Source: Deltaproteobacteria bacterium
GTDB lineage: Bacteria; Desulfobacterota; Deferrimicrobia; Deferrimicrobiales; Deferrimicrobiaceae
Length of the DNA stretch: 64,000 nucleotides
Reading direction: 5' to 3'
Assembly (NCBI GenBank): GCA_021824125.1
Contig: JAKALO010000001.1
Coordinates: 9,722-73,721 of the forward strand
The notes under the pieces are model-generated. The model was given only the letters and a program-made list of their open reading frames with translations, did not search any database and was not told where the DNA came from. The first letter of the stretch is position 1, and each line of letters begins with the position of its first letter. Positions 51,224-61,415 of this stretch are shown here, one piece after another. Position numbers and translations under genes: made by a program.

Positions 51224-51401
51224 GCCCGCATTTCTCACCGGACTCCGTAGCGAGGCGGTGGAGACGGGCGTGGATACAAGGCGCACGAACTTCGGGCGAC
51301 GCAGGCGTAGTTGAAACTACGTCGAGGAGAACGAAGGAGTGCAACGCAGTAGACATGCCCGTATCCGCCGCCGCAGCAGGAGGCTGGTGAGAAATGCGGG
51401 C
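51224..51401. ncRNA. Candidate structured small RNA (6S-like size) or MITE-like element closed by an 18-bp stem
   Basis: GCCCGCATTTCTCACCGG (51224-51241) pairs with CTGGTGAGAAATGCGGGC (51384-51401): 17 Watson-Crick pairs plus one G.U. The enclosed 142 nt contain internal hairpins. Lies between the HEAT-protein stop and comM. Confidence 0.25.
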
Positions 51402-51542
51402 TAGGTATCCGTCCAGGTTTGAGCGGCATACGGGAGCGCCCTGCCGGACCTTATCCGGATGGTCCCGGCGCACGGTACGCTCCTTGCTGCCCTTTCCCCT
51501 GCGACCAGGCCGTTTCCGGCCAATCTTTCGCGGAAGGGCCCC

Positions 51543-53102
51543 ATGCTCGTTCGAATCCTCTCCTCGACCCTGTGGGGGATCGACGCGATCCCCGTCGAGG
51601 TGGAGACCGACATTTCGCAGGGCCTTCCCTCGTACACGATCGTGGGGCTGCCGGGCAGCCCGGTCCGGGAAAGCGCCGACCGGATCCGCGCCGCCATCCG
51701 GAACTCGGGCCTTCCATTCCCGGGACGCAAGGTTACCATCAACCTCGCGCCCGCCGACATCCGCAAGGACAGCGCGCTTCTCGACCTCCCGATAGCCCTG
51801 TCCATCCTGTGCGCCGAGGGGGCCATCCCGGGCGACGCTCTCGCCAAATACCTGGTCGCAGGCGAGCTTTCCCTCGACGGAGCCCTGAAGCCGGTCCGCG
51901 GGGTCCTTTCGCAGGGGATCCTGGCCCGCCGCCTCGGGCTCGCGGGAATCATGGTCCCTTCCGCCAACGGCGCCGAGGCGCTCCTCGTCCCGGAAATCGA
52001 CGTCATCCCCGCCGCGACTTTGAGGGACGCCGTTTCCGCCTTTTCGGGAGACGGGACCCCGCGGGCGCGCGAGGCGCCGGAACCCGTATCCGCAGCGACC
52101 GCGGAAACGGGACTTTCCGACCTTCGCGACGTCGTCGGACAGCCCGTCGCGCGGCGGGCCCTCGAAATCTCGGCCGCCGGGAACCACGCGCTCCTTCTTG
52201 CCGGTCCCCCGGGATGCGGAAAGACGATGCTCGCCGAGAGGATGCCCGGAATCCTGCCGGACTTCGAGGAAGGCGAGGCGCTGGAAACCGCGCGCGTGTA
52301 CAGCGCGTCGGGCGAGCCTCCATGGCCGCACATCCTGTCCCGCCGGCCATTCCGGGCGCCGCACCATTCCATCACCCAGGCCGGCCTGATCGGGGGAGGG
52401 AACCCGCCGCGGCCCGGCGAGATCACCTATGCCCACGGAGGCGTCCTGTTCCTGGACGAGTTCTCCGAGTTCCGTCCCGAGGCGAGGGAGGCGCTCCGCC
52501 AGCCGCTCGAATCAGGCGAGATCCGCATCGCGCGGGCAGGCAACGTGTACTGCTTCCCGTGCCGGTTCCTCCTTGTCGCGGCGACGAACACCTGCCCCTG
52601 CGGCAATTCCGGCCACCCGAAAAAGATCTGCCGCTGCTCCCCGCGGCTGCTTTCCCGTTTCTCCGGGAAATTCTCCGGCCCGCTCCTGGACCGGATCGAC
52701 CTTTCGGTTTCCGTCCTTCCCATGGCGGGCCACGACTGGTGCGGTCCCGGGGAAGGCGAGGCGTCGGCGGCGGTCCGGGCTCGCGTGAAGAAGTGCCGCG
52801 AGGCCCAGGAGAGGCGGTACGCCGGGAAGCCCTGCCGGACGAACGGAACCGCGCGCGCCCCCTTTTCCGGGCTGGTTGCCCTCTTCTCCCCGGATGCCCG
52901 CACTTTCCTCACGCGGGCCGCCGACCGGCTGGGCTTTTCGGGGAGGGCCCTGGGAAAGATATGTCGCGTGGCACGCACGATCGCGGACCTCGCCGGCGAA
53001 CAGACGGTAGCGCTCCCCCACGTCGCGGAAGCCGTCCAGCACCGGCTGCCCGACTTCGCCCTTCATGGCGGCAAGAAAACAGCGGGACAAGGCCGGGGAT
53101 GA
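51543..53102 (+). CDS. comM: YifB/ComM-family Mg-chelatase-like AAA+ ATPase
   Basis: ATG at 51543. Lon-protease-like N domain, Walker A GPPGCGKT and ChlI-like C-terminal domain. Confidence 0.9.
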   Translation: MLVRILSSTLWGIDAIPVEVETDISQGLPSYTIVGLPGSPVRESADRIRAAIRNSGLPFPGRKVTINLAPADIRKDSALLDLPIALSILCAEGAIPGDALAKYLVAGELSLDGALKPVRGVLSQGILARRLGLAGIMVPSANGAEALLVPEIDVIPAATLRDAVSAFSGDGTPRAREAPEPVSAATAETGLSDLRDVVGQPVARRALEISAAGNHALLLAGPPGCGKTMLAERMPGILPDFEEGEALETARVYSASGEPPWPHILSRRPFRAPHHSITQAGLIGGGNPPRPGEITYAHGGVLFLDEFSEFRPEAREALRQPLESGEIRIARAGNVYCFPCRFLLVAATNTCPCGNSGHPKKICRCSPRLLSRFSGKFSGPLLDRIDLSVSVLPMAGHDWCGPGEGEASAAVRARVKKCREAQERRYAGKPCRTNGTARAPFSGLVALFSPDARTFLTRAADRLGFSGRALGKICRVARTIADLAGEQTVALPHVAEAVQHRLPDFALHGGKKTAGQGRG

Positions 53103-53103
53103 A

Positions 53104-54099
53104 CTACCGCTTGTCCGCGATGTCCCAGAAGATCTTTTCGACGTAGTTCCTGAAGCCGTGGATGAAGGCGCAGCGCCGGTTGAAGCGGGCGAGGGAGCCG
53201 CAGGCGTATACCCCGGGAACGGTGGTTTCACCCGCCGGGGAAATCAGCGGGTACCCGTTCGGCCCGGCGCGGAGTTCGCCCCCCTCCACGGGAATCCAAC
53301 TGGGCACGTACCCCGTCGCGCAGAGGATCCAGTCGTACTCCCTCTCGTCCCCCGAGAGGAAACGCACACGCCGTTGCGCGACGGCGACGGCGGGGTCGGC
53401 TTCGCGGAGACGGACGATCCCGAAGCGGATCAACTCCTTGAGGAGGCTCTCGGAGGCCCCCCGTATGTCCTCCAGTTCGCCCGTTTCGCTGAAGTAGCGC
53501 ATCGGGCCCCGCGTGGAGAGGGTCACCCTGGACGCGCCGGAGAGTTCGATGGCGATCTCGGCCGCGGAATTCCCGCCGCCGATGACCAGGACTCGCTTCC
53601 CCGCGTACGCCATGCAATGGACGAAGTCGTGGGAATGCAGGACATGCGGGTTCGTCGCGATCCCCGGAATCTCCGGGAAGCGGGGGACCGAGGACGCCCC
53701 CGACGCCAGGACGAGGAAACGGCAGGAAACCTCCCCCCCGCTGGTCTCGACGGAGAAACCACCCGGAACGACGGACGCCCGGGTCGCCGCCACGTTCTCG
53801 CTCACCGCCAGGGCCTGCTCCCGGGAGAAGGCCTCCACGTAACAGAGAAAATCCTCGCGGGAAGGGAAGGGCTTGCGGACTCCGGGGAGCTCCCAGATGG
53901 GATGCCGGAGCGTAAGCGACGTCCAGTCGGTCCCGGGGATCGCGGGGGAGAGGAGCACCATGCCCGTACGCATCGCCCTCCAGGACTGCCCGATCTTCCC
54001 CCTTTCGAGGATGCGGTAGTCGATCCCGTGCTCCCGGAGCCGGTACCCAAGCAGCAACCCCGCGGGCCCGCCGCCTACGATCAGGACTTCCTTCCTCAT
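53104..54099 (-). CDS. FAD-dependent pyridine nucleotide-disulfide oxidoreductase (YpdA / thioredoxin-reductase-like)
   Basis: Two Rossmann GxGxxG/A motifs (VGGGPAGL, IGGGNSAAE). Confidence 0.8.
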   Translation of the reverse strand: MRKEVLIVGGGPAGLLLGYRLREHGIDYRILERGKIGQSWRAMRTGMVLLSPAIPGTDWTSLTLRHPIWELPGVRKPFPSREDFLCYVEAFSREQALAVSENVAATRASVVPGGFSVETSGGEVSCRFLVLASGASSVPRFPEIPGIATNPHVLHSHDFVHCMAYAGKRVLVIGGGNSAAEIAIELSGASRVTLSTRGPMRYFSETGELEDIRGASESLLKELIRFGIVRLREADPAVAVAQRRVRFLSGDEREYDWILCATGYVPSWIPVEGGELRAGPNGYPLISPAGETTVPGVYACGSLARFNRRCAFIHGFRNYVEKIFWDIADKR

Positions 54100-54160
54100 C
54101 GGATGTCCCCTCCATCTTCCTCAAGTATATGAATATACCATCCGTAACGGACATTTCGTG

Positions 54161-54189
54161 TTGACATAAACCGGATGGTTCCTTATATT
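54161..54189 (+). promoter_or_regulatory. Putative sigma70 promoter of the rplU-rpmA-obg operon (-35 TTGACA 54161-54166; -10 TTATAT/TATATT around 54183-54189)
   Basis: Perfect -35, 16-17-bp spacer, AT-rich -10, about 40 nt upstream of the rplU ATG. Confidence 0.55.
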
Positions 54190-54225
54190 AAGCAGTTCCT
54201 ATTGCAGCGGGATGGGGGTAGCGCA

Positions 54226-54540
54226 ATGTATGCCGTGATCCGTTCCGGCGGGAAGCAGTACCGGGTTTCCCCCGGAGATATAGTAAACGTGGAAAAACTC
54301 GAGGTCGAGGCCGGCGTTTCGGTCGAGCTTACCGACGTTCTGCTCGTTTCCACCGACGATGGAACGACCGTGGGAACGCCTGTGGTGCCAAACGCGAAGG
54401 TCATCTGCCAGGCGCTCGGCGACGGGAAGGCGAAAAAAGTCGTCATCTACAAGTACAAGAAACGGAAGGGGTTCGCCCGCAAGCAGGGGCACCGCCAGCC
54501 GTTCACGAAGCTTTCAATCCAGGAGATCCGGGTAGGCTAA
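54226..54540 (+). CDS. rplU: 50S ribosomal protein L21
   Basis: ATG at 54226 ([14 protein letters not shown]...). Confidence 0.95.
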   Translation: MYAVIRSGGKQYRVSPGDIVNVEKLEVEAGVSVELTDVLLVSTDDGTTVGTPVVPNAKVICQALGDGKAKKVVIYKYKKRKGFARKQGHRQPFTKLSIQEIRVG

Positions 54541-54563
54541 AGCCGGGCGGGAAGGGTCGGGAA

Positions 54564-54821
54564 ATGGCGCACAAAAAAGGTGTCGGAAGCTCCCGGAACG
54601 GACGTGACAGCCACAGCAAGCGGCTCGGCGTAAAGCGTTTCGGCGGGCAGCACGTAACCGCCGGATCGATCATCGTCCGTCAGCGCGGCACGGCCGTGCA
54701 TCCCGGCGACAACGTGGGGATGGGAAGGGACCACACCCTGTTCGCACTGATCGAAGGCACGGTCCAGTTCAACCGTTTAGGCAAGGACCGCAAGAGGGTA
54801 TCCGTCCTCGCCCTTTCGTAG
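54564..54821 (+). CDS. rpmA: 50S ribosomal protein L27
   Basis: [16 protein letters not shown]... Confidence 0.95.
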   Translation: MAHKKGVGSSRNGRDSHSKRLGVKRFGGQHVTAGSIIVRQRGTAVHPGDNVGMGRDHTLFALIEGTVQFNRLGKDRKRVSVLALS

Positions 54822-54836
54822 AAGTCTTCCCCTTTC

Positions 54837-55847
54837 ATGCACTTCATCGACGAAGCCGCCATCACCGTCCGCTCGGGAGACGGCGGACGGGGATGTTGCA
54901 GCTTCCGGAGGGAGAAATTCGTCCCACGCGGGGGACCCGACGGGGGCAACGGGGGCAACGGCGGTAGCGTCGTCCTCCGTGTCAGCCCTCACCTCTCCAC
55001 CCTGCTCCATTTCCGGTACCGGAAAATCTTCAAGGCGAAGCGCGGCCAGCACGGCATGGGGAAGAAAATGCACGGGAAGAACGCCCCGGACCTGGTCATC
55101 TCCGTCCCGGCGGGAACCCTCGTCCGGGACGTGGGAACCGGAGATGTCATCCGCGACCTCACGGCCCCCGGGGAGACCCTGACGGTGGCATCCGGCGGGC
55201 GGGGCGGGCGGGGCAACGCCTGCTTCGTCTCGTCGACCAACCAGGCGCCGGACCGTGCCGATCCGGGGGCTCCGGGTGAGGAACGGGCGCTGCGCCTCGA
55301 GCTCAAGCTGATCGCCAGCATCGGGCTGGTGGGGCTGCCCAACGCCGGCAAATCGACCCTTATCTCCAGGATCTCCCGCGCCAGGCCGAAGATCGCCGAC
55401 TACCCGTTCACGACCCTTTTCCCCGTCCTTGGAGTCGTGTCGCACCGGGACGAGGAGTTCGTAGTCGCGGACCTGCCGGGGCTTATCGAGGGTGCGCACC
55501 GCGGAGTCGGGCTCGGTCATCGCTTCCTCAAGCACGCCGAACGGACGGAGGGGCTCGTCTACGTGGTGGACGCATCCGACCCACCGGAAAAGATCGTGGC
55601 GGCCTACCGCACCGTTCGGGAAGAGATCGGCAAGTTCCGCCCCGGGATGGAAACCCGCCCCTCGATTCTCGCGTTCACCAAGATGGACCTGACCGGCTCC
55701 CGGGAATCCGCGGAAAAGACCGGCGCCCTGTTGAATTTGCCGGCGGGGAGCGTCTATTATATTTCCGCGGTCACCGGCGACGGGATAATGGGCCTCCTCG
55801 ACGGAATGGCGGCACTCCGGAAAACGGGACCATCCGATGAAACCTGA
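54837..55847 (+). CDS. obg: GTPase Obg/CgtA
   Basis: Obg fold with G motifs GLPNAGKST and DLPG. Confidence 0.95.
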   Translation: MHFIDEAAITVRSGDGGRGCCSFRREKFVPRGGPDGGNGGNGGSVVLRVSPHLSTLLHFRYRKIFKAKRGQHGMGKKMHGKNAPDLVISVPAGTLVRDVGTGDVIRDLTAPGETLTVASGGRGGRGNACFVSSTNQAPDRADPGAPGEERALRLELKLIASIGLVGLPNAGKSTLISRISRARPKIADYPFTTLFPVLGVVSHRDEEFVVADLPGLIEGAHRGVGLGHRFLKHAERTEGLVYVVDASDPPEKIVAAYRTVREEIGKFRPGMETRPSILAFTKMDLTGSRESAEKTGALLNLPAGSVYYISAVTGDGIMGLLDGMAALRKTGPSDET

Positions 55848-57006
55848 CACGTCCTCGCCTCGCTCCGCCATCCTCGGGTCCGGGAAGATCCGCCGGATCA
55901 TCGTGAAGCTCGGAAGCGGCACGTTGACCGACGAGTCGCTGGGCCTGCGCGAGCGGACGATCCGGTCCCTGGCGGCACAGGTCGCCAGGATCAGGGAATC
56001 CCGCGGCATCCAGGTCGTCGTGGTTACGTCCGGGGCCATCGCGGCCGGTCGGAAAAAGCTGGGGATGGTCGAACGCCCACGCACGATCGCGCTGAAACAG
56101 GCGGCTGCCGCGGTCGGGCAGACGACCCTTATGCGGGCTTACGAGCGCGCGTTCGAAAAACGTGGGATCAAGGTGGGGCAGCTCCTCCTCACCCACGAGG
56201 ATTTCGGGAACCGCGAGCGGTACCTGAACGCCAAGAACACGCTCGAGGCCCTGCTCTCACACGGCATAGTCCCGATCATCAACGAGAACGACACGGTGGC
56301 CACCGAGGAGATCCGGCTCGGGGACAACGACCACCTGGCCGCCCTCGTGACGCAGTTGATAGGAGCCGACCTGCTCCTGCTTTTGACCGACAGCGACGGG
56401 CTCTACACCCGGGATCCGCACCGGTACCCCGACGCCCGGCGGATCCCCCTCGTCGTAAAAGTGGACGAGGAGCTCGTCCGGTCCGCCGGGAGCATCCGGG
56501 GCGGCTCCGTGGGTATAGGCGGCATGGGATCCAAGCTCCTGGCCGCCCGGCTCGTGAGCGACTGGGGGACGCCCGTGGTCATCGCGGGAGGTCTGTCGGG
56601 GAGATCGATCCTGGACGTCCTCGCCGGAAAGGACACCGGGACCCTTTTCCTCCCACGCGGGACCGCCAGGGCCCGCAGAAGGAAGCTTTGGATCGCCCAC
56701 GCCATGCAGTCTCACGGCACGATCACGGTCGACGACGGGGCGAAGAACGTTCTCATGGAGGGCGGCAAGAGCCTCCTGCCCGCGGGAGTCGTGGACGTTT
56801 CGGGAATGTTCCGGAAGGGCGACGCGGTCTCCATCTGCGACCGGAGAGGCCGGGTCTTCGCCCGCGGGATCACCGCGTGGGACAGCGAGCAGGTGGAGCG
56901 GGGGAAGGGACGGAAAAGCGCCGAGGTCCGGGCGATCCTGGGGGAGGACATCCCCGCGGAAATGGTCCACCGCGACAACCTGACGATATTGCAGGGGGCA
57001 CGATGA
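55837..57006 (+). CDS. proB: Glutamate 5-kinase
   Basis: Amino-acid kinase domain and a C-terminal PUA domain. Confidence 0.9.
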   Translation: MKPDTSSPRSAILGSGKIRRIIVKLGSGTLTDESLGLRERTIRSLAAQVARIRESRGIQVVVVTSGAIAAGRKKLGMVERPRTIALKQAAAAVGQTTLMRAYERAFEKRGIKVGQLLLTHEDFGNRERYLNAKNTLEALLSHGIVPIINENDTVATEEIRLGDNDHLAALVTQLIGADLLLLLTDSDGLYTRDPHRYPDARRIPLVVKVDEELVRSAGSIRGGSVGIGGMGSKLLAARLVSDWGTPVVIAGGLSGRSILDVLAGKDTGTLFLPRGTARARRRKLWIAHAMQSHGTITVDDGAKNVLMEGGKSLLPAGVVDVSGMFRKGDAVSICDRRGRVFARGITAWDSEQVERGKGRKSAEVRAILGEDIPAEMVHRDNLTILQGAR

Positions 57007-58262
57007 CGACTATCCGGGAAAGCGTCGAGGTGGTTTGCAGGGCGGCGAAGGAAGCGGCGTCGCAGATCGCGAAGGCGGACGCTTCCAGGAAGAACGCCGC
57101 GCTCTCGGGCATGGCGAAGGGATTGAGGGAGCGGGCGAACTGGCTCAAGGAGGAAAACCGGAAGGACATGGACGCCGGGAAGGCCAAGGGGCTTCCCCCG
57201 GCCATGCTCGACCGCCTCCTGCTGACCGACGCGAGAATACTGCAGATGGCGGACGGCATCGCGGAGGTGATCGCCCTGCCCGATCCCGTCGGGGAAGTCC
57301 TGAGGATGGGGCGGCGGCCCAACGGCCTTTGGGTCGGGCGGATGCGGATCCCCCTCGGAGTCATCGGCATCATCTACGAGTCGCGGCCGAACGTGACGGC
57401 CGACGCGGCGGCGCTGTGCGTGAAATCCGGGAACGCCGTAATCCTCCGCGGCGGCTCGGAGGCGATACACTCCAACAGCGCGATCGCGCGGATACTGAGG
57501 GAGGCCCTCTCCGTGACCGGCCTGCCCGCGGACGCGGTCTCGATCATCGATCGGACCGACCGCGAAGCCATCGACGTGATGCTCGCAGCGGAGGAGCAGA
57601 TCGACCTCATCATCCCACGCGGCGGGGAAGGGCTCATCCGCAGCGTCGCGGAGAAGTCGCGCATCCCCGTCATAAAGCATTACAAGGGGGTCTGCCACGT
57701 CTACGTCGATGAGGGGGCCGACATCCGGCAGGCCATCCAGATCTGCGTCAACGCGAAGGTGCAGCGCCCCGGCGTCTGCAACGCGATGGAGACGCTCCTG
57801 GTGCACGGGATCGCCGCTCCGGAGTTCCTCCCCCCGGCGGCCGCCGAACTGATGAAGAACGGGGTCGAGCTGCGGGGCTGCCCGGATACCTTGCGGCTCG
57901 TCCCGTCGGCAATGCCGGCGTCCGAAGAGGACTGGGGGACCGAGTACCTCGACCTGGTCCTCGCGGTCAGGGTCGTCGGGTCGATGGACGAGGCGATCGG
58001 TCACATTCGCCGCCACGGCTCGCTGCACACCGAGGCGATCCTCACGAGGGACCACGCCCGGGCGATGCGGTTCGTGCGCGAGGTGGACTCCTCGCTGGTC
58101 CTCGTCAACGCCTCCACGCGGTTCAACGACGGATTCCAGCTGGGCCTGGGAGCGGAGATCGGAATCAGCACCACGAAGATCCACGCGTTCGGCCCGATGG
58201 GGCTTACGGAACTGACCACGACGAAGTTCATCGCCTTCGGGGACGGCCAGGTCCGGGAATAA
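57003..58262 (+). CDS. proA: Gamma-glutamyl phosphate reductase
   Basis: ATG at 57003 overlapping the proB stop (ATGA). ALDH fold. The upstream frame from 56688 is rejected. Confidence 0.9.
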   Translation: MTTIRESVEVVCRAAKEAASQIAKADASRKNAALSGMAKGLRERANWLKEENRKDMDAGKAKGLPPAMLDRLLLTDARILQMADGIAEVIALPDPVGEVLRMGRRPNGLWVGRMRIPLGVIGIIYESRPNVTADAAALCVKSGNAVILRGGSEAIHSNSAIARILREALSVTGLPADAVSIIDRTDREAIDVMLAAEEQIDLIIPRGGEGLIRSVAEKSRIPVIKHYKGVCHVYVDEGADIRQAIQICVNAKVQRPGVCNAMETLLVHGIAAPEFLPPAAAELMKNGVELRGCPDTLRLVPSAMPASEEDWGTEYLDLVLAVRVVGSMDEAIGHIRRHGSLHTEAILTRDHARAMRFVREVDSSLVLVNASTRFNDGFQLGLGAEIGISTTKIHAFGPMGLTELTTTKFIAFGDGQVRE

Positions 58263-58263
58263 C

Positions 58264-58947
58264 GTGACCCGTCCCCCGACACCCGTCGCCCTTTTCGGGG
58301 GCACCTTCGATCCCTTCCACAACGGGCACCTAAGGATGGCGGTCGAGGTGAAGGAGACGCTCCGGGTTTCGCGCGTCGTCATCTTTCCGTGCCGCCAGCC
58401 GCCCCACAAGCCCAGGCGGCCCGTATCGGAGTCAAGGCACCGCCTCGCGATGGTCGCCGCGACGGCGGCGGGATTCCCCTGGATGGAGGCCTCCGACATC
58501 GAAATCCGGCGCGATGGTCCTTCCTATTCCCTTCTCACCGTGCGGGAGTTCCTGCGGGCGGAGCCGTTTTCCGAGCCGGTCTTCGTCCTGGGGGCGGACT
58601 CCTTCGCCGAGGTTTCCACCTGGCACCGGCACGAGGAGTTCCTCTCCTCCTGCGATTTCGTCCTGCTCCCCCGCCCCGGCACGCCCCCCGATCCCGTCCC
58701 TCCGGCCGGCATCCGTATTGAAAAGGAGGACCCGGGTTGCTATAGTTGGAAAGGTGTCGGTTACCGCCTGCCGGGCGGGCGGCGGCTTTTCTGCCCGTCG
58801 CTGCCGGCCTTGGACATTTCATCGAGCTCCATACGAGAGAAGGTCCGGACGGGTAGGTGCATCCGGGGTCTCGTCCCGCCGGAAGTGGAGCGGTACATTT
58901 ACGACCACGGACTTTATGCGGACACGGGGGAGGAAAGACGGCCATAA
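58264..58947 (+). CDS. nadD: Nicotinate-nucleotide adenylyltransferase
   Basis: GTG start. Nucleotidyltransferase motif (GGTFDPFHNGH). Confidence 0.85.
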   Translation: MTRPPTPVALFGGTFDPFHNGHLRMAVEVKETLRVSRVVIFPCRQPPHKPRRPVSESRHRLAMVAATAAGFPWMEASDIEIRRDGPSYSLLTVREFLRAEPFSEPVFVLGADSFAEVSTWHRHEEFLSSCDFVLLPRPGTPPDPVPPAGIRIEKEDPGCYSWKGVGYRLPGGRRLFCPSLPALDISSSSIREKVRTGRCIRGLVPPEVERYIYDHGLYADTGEERRP

Positions 58948-59294
58948 CGACACGGGAAACGCTGGTCCGTTGCGCGCGGCTGGCCCAGGATAAAAAAGCC
59001 GCCGACATCCGGGCGCTGGACGTCCGGGAACGATCCACCTTCACCGACTACTTCCTCCTCTGCTCGGGGATGTCCGACCGGCAGGTCACCGCGGTCGCCC
59101 ATCACGTCGAGGAGTCGCTCAAGAAAGAGGGGCTCAAGCCGCTCGGGATCGAGGGTATCCGGGAGGGGCGATGGGTCCTGCTCGACTACGGCGATTTCGT
59201 GGTGCACGTCTTTCTTTCCAGCGTCAGGGAGTTCTACGACTTCGACCGGTTGTGGGGATCCGCCCCCGAGATCCCCCTCCCCCAGGAGCAATAA
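58944..59294 (+). CDS. rsfS: Ribosome silencing factor RsfS (Iojap family)
   Basis: Conserved core (LAQDKKAADIRALDV...). No canonical start codon follows the strong SD GGAGGAAAG at 58929-58937; the nearest in-frame codon is ATA at 58944. Start uncertain. Confidence 0.7.
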   Translation: MTTRETLVRCARLAQDKKAADIRALDVRERSTFTDYFLLCSGMSDRQVTAVAHHVEESLKKEGLKPLGIEGIREGRWVLLDYGDFVVHVFLSSVREFYDFDRLWGSAPEIPLPQEQ

Positions 59295-59311
59295 CCCGGA
59301 GGAACCCGCAC

Positions 59312-60643
59312 ATGGCGGTCCGACTGCTCTTCCTGCTCTTCGTAGTCATCCTGGTGGGGTTTTCCTACATCTCGCTGCTTAACGGGCAGCACGTCCAGTT
59401 CTTCTACTCCGCCACGCGGCAGATCGAGGTCACCGTCAGCGAGCTGGCGATCCTCGCCTTCTCGCTGGGCGCCGCCATGGTCGTGCTCGGCACGCTGGTG
59501 AAGGACGTCACTATGGCGTCGATGAACTGGAAGGAGCGCAGGGAAAAACAGCGCAGGGAGGCCGCGCGCTCGCGGGTGGCCAAGGCGTCCGAGCTGTTCC
59601 AGCGTGGGATGCTGTCCGGGGCGGCCAAGGAACTGGAGAGGAGCCTGTCCGTCAATCGCGACGACAAGGAGGCGCTCGACCTCCTCTCATCCGTGGAGAC
59701 CGAGAGGGGGAATCACCTGGAAGCCGTCAAGTCCCTGACCCGCGTCAAGCAGATCGATCCCTCCGACCTTTCCGTTTTCATCCGGCTTGCCGCCCTCTAC
59801 CGCCGGATGAACGACCTGGACAACGCTTTCTCCCTCCTGAAGGCGATAGAGGACTCCGAAGGGGAAAACCCGCGCGCATGGGAAGGGATGCGGGATATCC
59901 ATATCCTCCGAAAGGAGATGGTCCCCGCGTACGCAATGCAGAAGAAGATCATGAAGTACAAGGGCAAGGAGGCGACCCCGGAAGACCAGGCTCTTTTCGA
60001 CGCCCTCCGCTACGAGAAGGCGGTCGTCCGGATGGGCGAGGGAAAAGCGGACGACGGGGAGCGCCGGCTCCGCGAACTCATCAAGGACCAGCCGCGGTTT
60101 TCCCCGGCGTACATCGCCCTTTCCGAACATATGCGTTCCCGCGGGAACCTGGAAGAAGCTTCCCAGGTCCTGCTCCGGGGCTACCGGGCGACCCGCAACG
60201 CGGTTTTCCTGATCAAACTCGAAGACATGGGCGTGGAAACGGAAAGCCCGCAGTCGGTTATCGGCGTCTATACCGACCTGCTGCAGGAGTTCCCCTCCGA
60301 TTACGACGCGAACCTGTTCATGGGAAAGTTTTTCCTGCGCCTCGAGATGAACGACGAGGCGGTGGAACAGTTGTTGAAGGCGGAGTCGATAGAGCCGGAG
60401 CGGGAATCCGTTCACATCCTTCTTGCCGAAGCGCTCCGGCGCAGGGGTCGTTATGAGTCCGCCTGCCAGCACTACCAGCGCGCCTTCGGCTACAAGCGGC
60501 GCTACCTCATCCCTTTCCGATGCACGGGATGCGGAAAGGCCACCATCAAGTGGGCGGCCAGGTGTCCCGAATGCGGCAGCTGGAACAGCCACTCGATCGA
60601 CCACGGCCACAGGGAATACATCACCCCGGCCTCCGTGCGCTGA
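59312..60643 (+). CDS. lapB: Lipopolysaccharide assembly protein B-like (LapB/YciM: N-terminal TM, TPR repeats, C-terminal rubredoxin-like zinc ribbon)
   Basis: ATG at 59312 with a GGAGGA SD. The C-terminal CTGCGK...CPECGSW metal-binding knuckle is typical of LapB. Confidence 0.8.
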   Translation: MAVRLLFLLFVVILVGFSYISLLNGQHVQFFYSATRQIEVTVSELAILAFSLGAAMVVLGTLVKDVTMASMNWKERREKQRREAARSRVAKASELFQRGMLSGAAKELERSLSVNRDDKEALDLLSSVETERGNHLEAVKSLTRVKQIDPSDLSVFIRLAALYRRMNDLDNAFSLLKAIEDSEGENPRAWEGMRDIHILRKEMVPAYAMQKKIMKYKGKEATPEDQALFDALRYEKAVVRMGEGKADDGERRLRELIKDQPRFSPAYIALSEHMRSRGNLEEASQVLLRGYRATRNAVFLIKLEDMGVETESPQSVIGVYTDLLQEFPSDYDANLFMGKFFLRLEMNDEAVEQLLKAESIEPERESVHILLAEALRRRGRYESACQHYQRAFGYKRRYLIPFRCTGCGKATIKWAARCPECGSWNSHSIDHGHREYITPASVR

Positions 60644-60659
60644 CGACTCGACCCGGTCG

Positions 60660-61391
60660 GTGACACGGCCGCATCGCGCCCCGTTCGCGCCTCTCTTTGC
60701 GGAGTTCGCCCACCTTTCGGCGTTTCTCACCCGTCCGCCCGCCGACCTGTCCGCCGCCGCCATCCTGGGTTGGCCCGCCTACAAAGGGGGGGAATGTCTA
60801 CGGTGCGGCGCCTTCACGGGGGTCGCCTTCCCCCGCGGATGCTCCGGCGGCTGTCCCTCCTGCACTCCCCCGCCCCCCTTCACCTTCGCGCGCTCCCTGT
60901 TCGCCTACGAGGGACAAGTCCGGGAAGGTATCCGCGCCGCGAAATACGGGAGAAGGGCCGTGGCCGTCGAAGCCCTGGCGGTACGGCTGCACGGGGCCGT
61001 GCGCGACAGGTGGTCCGACCTATTTCCGTTCGGTTTCCGGCCGGCGGTAGTCCCCGTTCCGATCCATCCCCTGAAATATTTCCTCAGGGGGTTCAACCTC
61101 CCCGCGTTCGTCGGACGCGCGCTCGCGCGCCGCGCCGGATGGGCGTTCGCTCCCCTGGCGCTCAGGAGGGGCTGGGACGCCCGTCCCCAGGCCGGCTCCC
61201 GCCTCACGGACCGGAGGGAAAACGTGCGGGACGCGTTCCGCGTCCCCGCAGGCGTGCGAACGCTGTCGGATGTCCTGATCCTGGACGATGTGTACACCTC
61301 GGGCGCCACTGCCGCCGCCTGCGCCGGCGCCTTGAAAACGGCGGGCGCGCGGCATATAGTGGTCCTGACGGTTGCCCGCACCGTCCTCTGA
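60660..61391 (+). CDS. comF: ComF-family phosphoribosyltransferase-domain protein
   Basis: Zinc-finger-like N-terminus (CLRCGAF...CSGGCPSC) and a PRTase motif (VLILDDVYTSGAT). GTG start at 60660 is tentative. Confidence 0.7.
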   Translation: MTRPHRAPFAPLFAEFAHLSAFLTRPPADLSAAAILGWPAYKGGECLRCGAFTGVAFPRGCSGGCPSCTPPPPFTFARSLFAYEGQVREGIRAAKYGRRAVAVEALAVRLHGAVRDRWSDLFPFGFRPAVVPVPIHPLKYFLRGFNLPAFVGRALARRAGWAFAPLALRRGWDARPQAGSRLTDRRENVRDAFRVPAGVRTLSDVLILDDVYTSGATAAACAGALKTAGARHIVVLTVARTVL

Positions 61392-61415
61392 ACCCGTAAA
61401 GGCCCCGGAGTCCCG

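Noticed and set aside
51202-51429. Short ORFs (62-64 aa) overlapping the structured element upstream of comM
   Set aside because: They coincide with the long stem-forming repeats and have no SD. The region is better explained as a structured RNA or MITE-like element.
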